A stretch of 35,021 bases of DNA, from IMG/VR virus record IMGVR_UViG_3300031229_000079, positions 1-35,021 of that record, one strand, 5' to 3'. The translations under genes and the position numbers were made by a program. Below, piece by piece: positions 25,372 to 32,095 of this stretch. The notes under the pieces are model-generated. The model worked only from the letters and a program-made list of their open reading frames with translations, did not search any database and was not told where the DNA came from. The first letter of the stretch is position 1; the number at the start of each line of letters is the position of its first letter. This stretch comes from a virus (taxonomy: Duplodnaviria; Caudoviricetes).

Positions 25372-25480
25372 GATGTCCCTTGCGTGGGACGGCGGCCGCC
25401 TGTGGGCGACGCTTTGTCAGCCGCCCCTACGTCCGGAACATCGGTGAACCTCCTGATTGGCGAGCCCGACTACGGGCCGA

Positions 25481-25569
25481 TGGTACGCAGCGGGCTGGAT
25501 CGTCCAGCGCTACTCCTCACGGAGACTCTCCCTTGTCGGGCCGCCTCTTGGCGTTTGGGCTACCGCTGC
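25481..25569 (-). ncRNA. Degenerate tRNA-like element (long variable arm, non-canonical T and anticodon loops)
   Basis: GCAGCGG/CCGCTGC closing stem then GTACCA; arms GCC/GGC, CCC-GACAA-GGG, CTCC-GTGA-GGAG, GCTGG-ACGAT-CCAGC; abuts tRNA-Met. Confidence 0.45.
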
Positions 25570-25571
25570 GA

Positions 25572-25642
25572 TGGTTGCGGGGCCGGGACTCGAACCCGGT
25601 GCCGAGGCTTATGAGACCCCAGAGCCTTCCCAGGCCCCCGCG
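25572..25642 (-). tRNA. tRNA-Met(CAT), initiator-like C1xA72, shortened D arm
   Basis: CGCGGGG/CCCCGCA, loop CTCATAA, T loop TTCGAGT, CCA; 71 nt. Confidence 0.8.
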
Positions 25643-25643
25643 A

Positions 25644-25719
25644 TGGTGGACGGAGACGGAGTCGAACCGCCGACGCGCTGGGCTTCAACCAGCCGCTCTA
25701 CCGACTGAGCTACCCGTCC
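25644..25719 (-). tRNA. tRNA-Phe(GAA)
   Basis: GCTGG-TTGAAGC-CCAGC; canonical cloverleaf with CCA. Confidence 0.92.
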
Positions 25720-25721
25720 AA

Positions 25722-25793
25722 TGGCCCCGGCGGTGGGAGTCGAACCCACAGCGGCTGGTTTTGGAGACCAGTGCAGCTCCGCGCCTCGCCGGA
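25722..25793 (-). tRNA. tRNA-Trp(CCA), degenerate D arm
   Basis: CTGGT-CTCCAAA-ACCAG; GTGGG-TTCGACT-CCCAC; CCA; 72 nt. Confidence 0.82.
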
Positions 25794-25948
25794 TCGGATG
25801 CCCGGACCACACGCTACCCACCCCCGTTGTGCACCGCGAAGTTGTCGAGGCTTCATGTGCGGCTCGGGGCCAAAGCCTTGTCCGTCCGGGCAAGAGTCTC
25901 CCAGGGTACTCTGGTCCAGTCCAATGAGCCAGTAGCCCTGGACGTGTC

Positions 25949-25976
25949 AGGTTAACACGTTCAGTCAGGCCGTCAA
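25949..25976 (-). promoter_or_regulatory. Putative promoter of the tRNA operon
   Basis: TTGACG-16 nt (ending TGT, extended -10)-TAACCT on the - strand. Confidence 0.55.
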
Positions 25977-25979
25977 GCG

Positions 25980-26179
25980 TCCACGCCTCGCCATGCCCTG
26001 CCTCGGATCGCCCCGCCAGGCCGTACCACGGCCAACCACGCCTCGCCATGCCCAGCCTCGCCTCGGCTCACCACGCCCTGCCGCGGCCTACCCTGCCAAT
26101 ACCCCGCCATGGCTGACCTTGCCTTGCCCCGCCACGCCGACGCCATGCCTCGCCCAGCCTCGGCATACCAGGCCATGCC
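25980..26179 (-). repeat. GGY-NN pentamer array 2 (40 triplets, two 3-nt phase breaks)
   Basis: (RCC-NN)n on + strand; breaks AAT 26098-26100 and GAC 26139-26141. Confidence 0.92.
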
Positions 26180-26183
26180 CTGA

Positions 26184-26618
26184 TTAGTAGCACCACTCCA
26201 TGTAGAGGAGCGAGGCGTAGAGGATCGCGAGCCCGTCCTTGACGGTGTAGTGAGCTGTCCGACCCGAGGGCAGCGGGATGGCGTTGCGCTCGGCTCTGTC
26301 GTTCAACCATCGGACGGTGTCCTCCACCTTCTCGCCGCCGAAGGTTCGCCAGGTTACCTCGAATCCCCTGACCGAGGTGCTCCGGAGCTTGCGCATCGCC
26401 CGGCGCGTGCGAAGTCGATGTTCCGGGTTTGTGATGTAGCTCTGGACATCGCTGTCCTTCGCGGTCAGCCAGCGGGCGAACTCGGGATGCCACTGGGGGG
26501 CGCCGTCGTCAGCCGTGTCGCGGCTGTGGATGCGAATCGGGACCTCGCGGTCGAACTCAGCCCGGAACTGGTTGAGCAGACGCTCGGACTGGATCAGCAT
26601 CTGCGCGGTCGCGTCCAT
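26184..26618 (-). CDS. Hypothetical protein
   Basis: MDATAQMLIQSERLLNQF... 144 aa; start uncertain (GTG 26639 is an alternative). Confidence 0.65.
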   Translation of the reverse strand: MDATAQMLIQSERLLNQFRAEFDREVPIRIHSRDTADDGAPQWHPEFARWLTAKDSDVQSYITNPEHRLRTRRAMRKLRSTSVRGFEVTWRTFGGEKVEDTVRWLNDRAERNAIPLPSGRTAHYTVKDGLAILYASLLYMEWCY

Positions 26619-26629
26619 CGGGCGAAACT

Positions 26630-26859
26630 GTACCAGCACCGATTCCCGATTACAGCTGGCACCACACGGGACGGGCCCTGCCTTCCGCGGCGACGGTCTG
26701 ATGTGTCGGGTTCGACCCCGTCGCTCTCACCTCCCGAGGCCTCTCATCAACCTCGGGCCCTTCTTCGCGTCCGTTCGGCTAGCGGCGGCGGCTTCCGAGC
26801 TACACGATGTCTGTTCCCGCCGCAGGTCGTTCACCATCCAGTTTCCCGGGTGCTGGTAC
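26630..26859 (-). ncRNA. Candidate structured intergenic RNA/leader (~230 nt)
   Basis: Perfect 11-bp closing helix GTACCAGCACC/GGTGCTGGTAC; internal CCGG-GAAA-CTGG, CCGAGG/CCTCGG, GCGACGG/CCGTCGC. Confidence 0.5.
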
Positions 26860-26868
26860 GGCTACATT

Positions 26869-27300
26869 CTAGGCCTGGATCAACGCACTCCACACGTTGT
26901 CTGGGTCAAACTCGCCGACCCTCTCCAGCTGTCCGTTGTAGGTGAAGGCGTAGGCGGGCACCCGGATGTCCATGGCCTTCTCGACAACATGCGCCGTGCC
27001 GCCCAGCATCGCTCGCTCCGGCGAGAACACCGCCAAGACCAGATCGGCCTTCGTGACCATGTCCATGTCCCGGTAGAAGACCTCCTCACGGCCGCCCCCA
27101 GCGGGGACCCGCCACTCGATTGGGATGCCCACTTCCCGACACTCAGCGGCGACCGCTTCCTCCAAGGGCCCAGGGGCCGTCTCGCGCCCCCGTCGCATGA
27201 TCACCGTCGGGTCGGTGATCCTCTCGATCATGTCGATCACGAACAGCGCCGCGTGGCCTCCGTCAACGTCTCGAGATCCAGCAACAACGACTCGAACCAT
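26869..27300 (-). CDS. SLOG-superfamily (DUF2493/YspA-like) protein
   Basis: MVRVVVAGSRD...RDMDMV..ADLVLAVF...GGTAHVV; true start 27300 (ORF-track extension lies in repeat array). Confidence 0.8.
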   Translation of the reverse strand: MVRVVVAGSRDVDGGHAALFVIDMIERITDPTVIMRRGRETAPGPLEEAVAAECREVGIPIEWRVPAGGGREEVFYRDMDMVTKADLVLAVFSPERAMLGGTAHVVEKAMDIRVPAYAFTYNGQLERVGEFDPDNVWSALIQA

Positions 27301-27434
27301 GCCATGCCTCGCCTTACCGAGCCCCGCCGCACCACGCCAACGCCATGGCCAACCGCGCCCCGCCCCGGCAGGCCTTGCCCCGCCACGCCTCAGCCAGCCC
27401 GGCCTTGCCACGCCTTGCCGAGCCTCGGCTCGCC
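27296..27434 (-). repeat. GGY-NN pentamer array 3 (28 triplets, one phase break)
   Basis: Fills the gap between rusA stop and SLOG start; break AAC 27339-27341. Confidence 0.92.
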
Positions 27435-27441
27435 ACGAACA

Positions 27442-27837
27442 TCAATCATGTTCCGGCGAGTCCATGATTTCAAGTTCGATCCGCGCATCAGCCTTCCGAA
27501 CCCCGAGCTTCGGTTCGAACGTACACCAGACGAACCGTGAGTCGTCGACGCTGATCGCGGCCTGGAGCGCATCAGACACCGCCTTGAGCAGGTTGTCAGT
27601 GTCGATCGATCGCACGAGGAACGCCCGGAGCTTGATTCTGATGAAGCCCTCGGCTGGTGGCTTCCAGCCGTTCCTCGGAGCGGCCTTGATGAGCCAGGTG
27701 GCGTCCTCGTGAAACCGGACTCCCTCGGGGGTCTTGGCGATCCCATGAAACCGGCGCCCGTCGCGCGCAGAGCGGATCACCACCCGGTACAACGAGTTGA
27801 CCGATGGCGGTCGCGGGATCGTGACGGACCAGCTCAA
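27442..27837 (-). CDS. rusA: RusA-family Holliday junction resolvase
   Basis: PPSVNSLY...DTDNLLKAVSDAL...DDSR signature. Confidence 0.9.
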   Translation of the reverse strand: MSWSVTIPRPPSVNSLYRVVIRSARDGRRFHGIAKTPEGVRFHEDATWLIKAAPRNGWKPPAEGFIRIKLRAFLVRSIDTDNLLKAVSDALQAAISVDDSRFVWCTFEPKLGVRKADARIELEIMDSPEHD

Positions 27838-27935
27838 TCCATGCCTCGCCTAGCCCAGCCTTGCCGCGCCATGCCATGCCGCACCTTGCCCGGCCCCGGC
27901 CAGCCACGCCGTGCCTGACCTTGCCTCACCTTGCC
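27838..27935 (-). repeat. GGY-NN pentamer array 4 (20 triplets, unbroken phase)
   Basis: - strand GGC AA GGT GA GGC AA GGT CA GGC AC...GGC AT GGA, directly abutting the rusA TTG. Confidence 0.92.
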
Positions 27936-28372
27936 ATTGCCGCAGAGCGTACAGCACGACCCTTCCGACCAGCACACTGCGCACTGCACGTGCGACCGAA
28001 ACCGCGGACCCAGTCAGCCCAGCGAGGCGTGAACTCGACGCCGCAGACTTCGCAGTTGGTCCGGTGAACCCGTGCGAGGGCGAACTCGTGGGCCAGACGG
28101 CTGGCCTTCTGGCGCTGGCAGGTCAGACAACAAGCGACGAGGTTGGCCTTCTCGTTCTCGCCCCCGGCCACGAACGGGACCACATGGTCGAACGAGCAGT
28201 CGAGCGGCGTGATCCCGATCCCGCAGTAGGCGCACTGATACGAGCTGTGGAGGAAGGCCTTGAGCAGATCGCCCGAGACGACCCGGCCGTTGCGCCCAAG
28301 TCTGGCGGCCTTGCTGTTCATGGCAGCCGACAACCTGACGAAGCGCCTCTTTGCTGGCGTTTGCCTCACCAT
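27926..28372 (-). CDS. HNH endonuclease with C-terminal zinc finger
   Basis: CAYCG...DHVVPFVAGG...NLVACCLTC; CEVCG...CSAQC. Confidence 0.9.
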   Translation of the reverse strand: MVRQTPAKRRFVRLSAAMNSKAARLGRNGRVVSGDLLKAFLHSSYQCAYCGIGITPLDCSFDHVVPFVAGGENEKANLVACCLTCQRQKASRLAHEFALARVHRTNCEVCGVEFTPRWADWVRGFGRTCSAQCAGRKGRAVRSAAMAR

Positions 28373-28462
28373 GCCCTGCCTTGCCTAGCCATGGCACGCC
28401 CAGCCACGCCAGACGCCGTGCCCAGCCCGACCCGGCCTTGCCATACCCGGCCCTGCCACGCC
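28363..28462 (-). repeat. GGY-NN pentamer array 5 (20 triplets, one 4-nt break in the middle)
   Basis: 10 units, AGAC (28411-28414), 10 units. Confidence 0.92.
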
Positions 28463-28479
28463 AAGGGCTCGAGTGTAGG

Positions 28480-28749
28480 TCACCGATAGCCCATGAGTCG
28501 GGCGACCTCCTCGAGGGCCGCCTCGAGGGTCTCGGACTCGACGTCGACCACGGCTGTATCCCGGGCCGACTCGTGGCGCCAGCCGCGTGAGCCGTTGTCG
28601 AAGACCATCGGAATCCAGCCGCAACGACCGCAGATCGTCAAAGCGGTCTCGCCGCCTGCGGTGACCATCTCAACGAGGCGGGTGCAGGTTCCCTCTGTGC
28701 CGTGAACGGATCGGTCATGCTTGCAGCCCGGGCACTCAGTGATCGTCAT
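28480..28749 (-). CDS. Small Cys/His (zinc-binding) hypothetical protein
   Basis: MTITECPGCKH...HG...C...CGRCG. Confidence 0.6.
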   Translation of the reverse strand: MTITECPGCKHDRSVHGTEGTCTRLVEMVTAGGETALTICGRCGWIPMVFDNGSRGWRHESARDTAVVDVESETLEAALEEVARLMGYR

Positions 28750-28915
28750 CAAGTCCCTTCGTCGCTGGGCAACGCCAACAAACATAGCCGATGATCTCGA
28801 CCTCGACGCTGCCCTCGATCACGTGCCAGTCCTCGCGTGGAACCCAGGTGTGGACGCCCCACAGGTGATAGAACCACGCCTTGAGACGCCACCAGTCGAA
28901 CTCGAGGTCAGTCAT
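28736..28915 (-). CDS. Small Trp-rich hypothetical protein
   Basis: MTDLEFDWWRLKAWFYHLWGVHTW...CWRC; overlaps both neighbours by a few bases. Confidence 0.5.
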   Translation of the reverse strand: MTDLEFDWWRLKAWFYHLWGVHTWVPREDWHVIEGSVEVEIIGYVCWRCPATKGLDDDH

Positions 28916-29252
28916 CCTCGACCGGTGCCATGCCCGCGAGAGCCAGATAGACACGGAGTTCAGGTCGGTGGCTGGTGTTCCACTGGAACCCAGCGCGGGC
29001 ACCTGCTTCAGTATGCGCTTCGCAGAGGGCGACCAGGTGGGCTTCGTCACTGGTCGCCCTCACCCCCATCCGGGGCTGGTCTTTGATGTGGTCCAGGGTT
29101 GAGCGACCGAAGCACATCCCCAACTGGGACCGGTCGACGACGGGTGCGATGCAGGTGATCTTCTGGATCACCCCCGACGCCAGCATCGTCCCGCGGTCCC
29201 GGTTCAGGACCGTTTGTCGAAGCTCGGGTGTCACCGGGTCCTTCGTTGCCAC
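28908..29252 (-). CDS. Divergent HNH-like nuclease
   Basis: VTPELRQTVLNRDR...C...C...TLDHIK...HLVALCEAH pattern; GTG start. Confidence 0.65.
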   Translation of the reverse strand: MATKDPVTPELRQTVLNRDRGTMLASGVIQKITCIAPVVDRSQLGMCFGRSTLDHIKDQPRMGVRATSDEAHLVALCEAHTEAGARAGFQWNTSHRPELRVYLALAGMAPVEDD

Positions 29253-29583
29253 GGGCCTGATCCCTCGCCAGCGGCTTGTCCTCAAGCCGCCGGAGACCAT
29301 CGCTCCGAGCGAGGGTCCGGAAGAGCCCCATCGGATTACGAACGCCAGTCGATGTCGCGGACTGTACCGCAGCGAGGAAGGCTAGAGCACAGTTGCTGGC
29401 CGGATATGGGCACATCTCAGAGTCCCAGTAGGGGTTCACCGTCGCGCAGTGCTTGAGGCGCCAGGTCCGCCGCAGATCACCGAAGGGCACTGGCTTGCGG
29501 GGCCACAGCTCGGCCACCCGAGGGTCGATCTGGTCTCGGATGAAGGCCGTGTAGAAGATGCAGCGCGGGCCGGATGGCTTCAC
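29047..29583 (-). CDS. Hypothetical protein (C-terminal tail overlaps HNH-like gene)
   Basis: GTGA coupling to upstream gene; VRNPMGLF motif reminiscent of replication-initiator C-termini. Confidence 0.55.
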   Translation of the reverse strand: MKPSGPRCIFYTAFIRDQIDPRVAELWPRKPVPFGDLRRTWRLKHCATVNPYWDSEMCPYPASNCALAFLAAVQSATSTGVRNPMGLFRTLARSDGLRRLEDKPLARDQARGNEGPGDTRASTNGPEPGPRDDAGVGGDPEDHLHRTRRRPVPVGDVLRSLNPGPHQRPAPDGGEGDQ

Positions 29584-30050
29584 CCGCCCGTCCCGAAGAG
29601 CGTTCTCCGGAGGTCGAAGAAGGCTTGTAGCCCTGGCCCGTACCGCTCAACCAGCTGCTTTTCGGAAATGTTCGGGCGTCGCTCTGTACGTTGATTAGAT
29701 TCTCTATTTCCCCTACGGGAAGTGATGCGAACATTCACATCACTGAAGAGTCGACGCACCCCTCGCCGGAGCCGGATGATCGTGCGCCCGAGGCGACCTC
29801 GAGTGGTCAGGACGACGATCGCCCCCAGGTTGCGGAGACTCTTGAGGGCATCGTTGAGACCGCCAATGGTGTACCCGGTCTGGGCCGCTAGTTCGCGCTG
29901 GGTGCCGCAGTAGCCATCCTGGATCGCCGTGATGAGTCGGGCCTGGTGTTCGGTGATGTAGGCCGGGCGCCCGTGGGTCTTGCGCCAGAATGGCGTCTCC
30001 ATGGGGATTGTCAGATCATCCAGATGCTGTGTATAGTGCCCACGGGGCAT
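29580..30050 (-). CDS. Winged helix-turn-helix DNA-binding protein (possible replication initiator or regulator)
   Basis: TQRELAAQTGYTIGGLNDALKSLRNLGAI wHTH pattern; GAGG RBS. Confidence 0.75.
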   Translation of the reverse strand: MPRGHYTQHLDDLTIPMETPFWRKTHGRPAYITEHQARLITAIQDGYCGTQRELAAQTGYTIGGLNDALKSLRNLGAIVVLTTRGRLGRTIIRLRRGVRRLFSDVNVRITSRRGNRESNQRTERRPNISEKQLVERYGPGLQAFFDLRRTLFGTGG

Positions 30051-30073
30051 GGAAGAAACCTCGCTTCCGTGTT

Positions 30074-30113
30074 GGGCCCGGGCCGGAGTTCACACCACGG
30101 CCCGGGCCTTTTC
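30074..30113. terminator. GC-rich hairpin in the leader of the wHTH gene
   Basis: GGCCCGGGCC...GGCCCGGGCC stem followed by TTTT on the + strand. Confidence 0.45.
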
Positions 30114-30182
30114 CTGTCCGGCCTAGCCCCTCTGCGTCAGCGGCCGGGTTCGGCTGGCGCGTCCTCGGGTCGTAGGTGGCTG

Positions 30183-30211
30183 AAGGTACTCCTCCCGAAA
30201 CGCCGCCGCAA
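30183..30211 (-). promoter_or_regulatory. Putative promoter upstream of wHTH gene
   Basis: TTGCGG-17 nt-TACCTT on the - strand in an intergenic gap. Confidence 0.4.
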
Positions 30212-30224
30212 GGCGAATCAGCGT

Positions 30225-30479
30225 CTAGTTCACGGGTTCATCGGGGTCGATTGTGGTGCGTCCGTGCACCACCCAGGCCAATGACTCGTCGATCTCGGGT
30301 GGACCCAGCTCAACGAGCATCCTCGCTGCAACGTCAGGGTAGCCAGCTGCAAGGCGCAGCCCGACGGCAAAGCCGACCAGCAGCACCGAGTCCAGGTCTC
30401 GCTCAGAGAAGGTAGCGAAGCGCCGGAGATACGCCATGAGTCGAGCCTTCTGAAGCTCGATCACGACATCATCGGTCAC
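30225..30479 (-). CDS. Hypothetical protein
   Basis: GTGA coupling; MTDDVVIELQKARLMAYLRRF... Confidence 0.6.
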   Translation of the reverse strand: MTDDVVIELQKARLMAYLRRFATFSERDLDSVLLVGFAVGLRLAAGYPDVAARMLVELGPPEIDESLAWVVHGRTTIDPDEPVN

Positions 30480-30883
30480 GTGCTGGTCCTCTCCAGCGCC
30501 ACGATGCCGGTGCCCTTGCACTTGCCGCAGCGACCCTCGCGGTCGATCGGATCATGGGTGAATGTGTCGGCCGGAAGCGTCTCGCCCTTGCGGCCCTTGC
30601 GCTCGGGGCGGAGGGTGCCCCGACAGCGGGGGCAGACCTTGACGTCGCCAAAGATGAGCTTCTGCGGGTTGTCCACAGGGACTGTGGGCTCATCGGGGAT
30701 AGCGTCAAAGGCGGTGATCTCGGTCTTGCCCTTCTGCTCAGCCTTCCAGGCCCGATGCCGGGGAGTCAGGAGGTGGTCGGCGTGGGGCAGGACGTACTCG
30801 CCGCCGCAGTCCCAGCAGGAGAGGGTCCGGAGCTTGTAGCCGCCCCCGGGGGTCTTCTCGAGCGGGAACGGCTTGTCACTCAA
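30476..30883 (-). CDS. Zinc-finger protein (CxxC..H..H plus DnaJ-like CxxCxGxG)
   Basis: CWDCGG, CPRCRG, CGKCKGTG; TTG start inferred. Confidence 0.65.
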   Translation of the reverse strand: MSDKPFPLEKTPGGGYKLRTLSCWDCGGEYVLPHADHLLTPRHRAWKAEQKGKTEITAFDAIPDEPTVPVDNPQKLIFGDVKVCPRCRGTLRPERKGRKGETLPADTFTHDPIDREGRCGKCKGTGIVALERTST

Positions 30884-31196
30884 GGCCCATGTCGCCCTTC
30901 GTGCGGCGAACCTCATCCTGAAGCGTCTTGATCAGCCGCAGCTCCCGGTTCATGTGGGTGACCAGGGCGCCGTCTTCCTCGGAGTCGTAGATCGACTCCG
31001 AGGCGTCGAGGTTGACGCCGCCGAAGCCACGAGCCTTCGCTCGTTCAAGCTGCTTCTCCTTCACCTGAGCCCGCTCGCGGGACAGTTCGACCCAGGTGAC
31101 GTGAAGCAGGTGGTCGAGGTACTCGATCTGTTCCGGCCGAACCCGGACGCGGCCGTTGGTGTACTCCGGCTCAGGCATACGGTCCGGCGTCGTCAC
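30876..31196 (-). CDS. Hypothetical coiled-coil protein
   Basis: Fills gap after ERF; start 31196 (GTG) or 31178 (ATG). Confidence 0.55.
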   Translation of the reverse strand: MTTPDRMPEPEYTNGRVRVRPEQIEYLDHLLHVTWVELSRERAQVKEKQLERAKARGFGGVNLDASESIYDSEEDGALVTHMNRELRLIKTLQDEVRRTKGDMGLE

Positions 31197-32079
31197 CGAC
31201 CAGCCGCCCCTCGTCTTCCGACAGGGACTCGATGATCTTGCCAATGGCTTCGCCGGACTGGGCCTCCAGGTAGGTCTTGACCTCACCCCAGCTGCCGAAG
31301 TCGATCGCGTCGCCCAGGATGATCTCGACTGCGCCAGCGAACCGGGCCGGAGTCAGACCCAGTGACGCAACCAGACGACTGACGGCCGCCACCTGGGCCT
31401 CAGTGGCGGTGTTCGACCGACCGCCCCGCGCGACGCCCTCGACGACGGTCTCCTTGACCTGCACGGACTGGACCGGCGCGACGCCTGATTCACGAGTCTT
31501 AGCCCGGCGATCAGTGTCGGGATCGTCCTCGATGTCGCGGTCGGCGCCACCCATCAGGAAGAGCTTGATGAAGAAGTTCTTGAGCGCAGCGGTGTAGGCC
31601 TTGTTGGCGCCCTTGTCGCCAGAGTCGTCGCCGTAGCCCACGGCCTCGCCCTGAAACGACTCGCCGTTGATCCCGTCGACGACCCGGAAGACGACATGGA
31701 GACGGGTCAGCATCGAGCTGCCGCCGCGCCCGGTCTCCCGGTGGATCGGCTCCTGCTCGGTCACAGTTTCAGGGACGACCATGATCCGCTGTCGGGCGAG
31801 GGCTGGCCGGACCATGCCCAGGACCTGCTTGTCGGTCACGAACTGGTACTTGAAGTGCTCGTTCTTGCCCTCGGGCCTGACCTCGGGCAGGGAGCCCATG
31901 ATCTTCGCCAGCCTGCCGTACAGGCTCAGGGGCGTTCCGTCAGCACCGAGGTAGATGCCCTCGGCGTCGTCAGTGATGATCCGCTGCGCGGTCGAGAGGA
32001 TCTCCGCCGCCTCCTCGTCTGAGAATCCGTGCTCCTCAGTGGGTTCGTCGGCGGGCTTTGCGCGGGTCCGGGTGGCCAT
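31171..32079 (-). CDS. ERF-family single-strand annealing recombinase
   Basis: GKNEHFKYQF...GDDSGDKGANKAYTAALKNF...DPD motifs; AAGGAGG RBS before ATG 32079. Confidence 0.9.
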   Translation of the reverse strand: MATRTRAKPADEPTEEHGFSDEEAAEILSTAQRIITDDAEGIYLGADGTPLSLYGRLAKIMGSLPEVRPEGKNEHFKYQFVTDKQVLGMVRPALARQRIMVVPETVTEQEPIHRETGRGGSSMLTRLHVVFRVVDGINGESFQGEAVGYGDDSGDKGANKAYTAALKNFFIKLFLMGGADRDIEDDPDTDRRAKTRESGVAPVQSVQVKETVVEGVARGGRSNTATEAQVAAVSRLVASLGLTPARFAGAVEIILGDAIDFGSWGEVKTYLEAQSGEAIGKIIESLSEDEGRLVGDDAGPYA

Positions 32080-32095
32080 CAGGCGAACCTCCTTG

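Noticed and set aside
24173-26049. ORFs spanning the tRNA cluster (e.g. 24496-25041, 24621-24875, 25380-25955, 25609-26049)
   Set aside because: They overlap clear tRNA genes and are translations of tRNA sequence.
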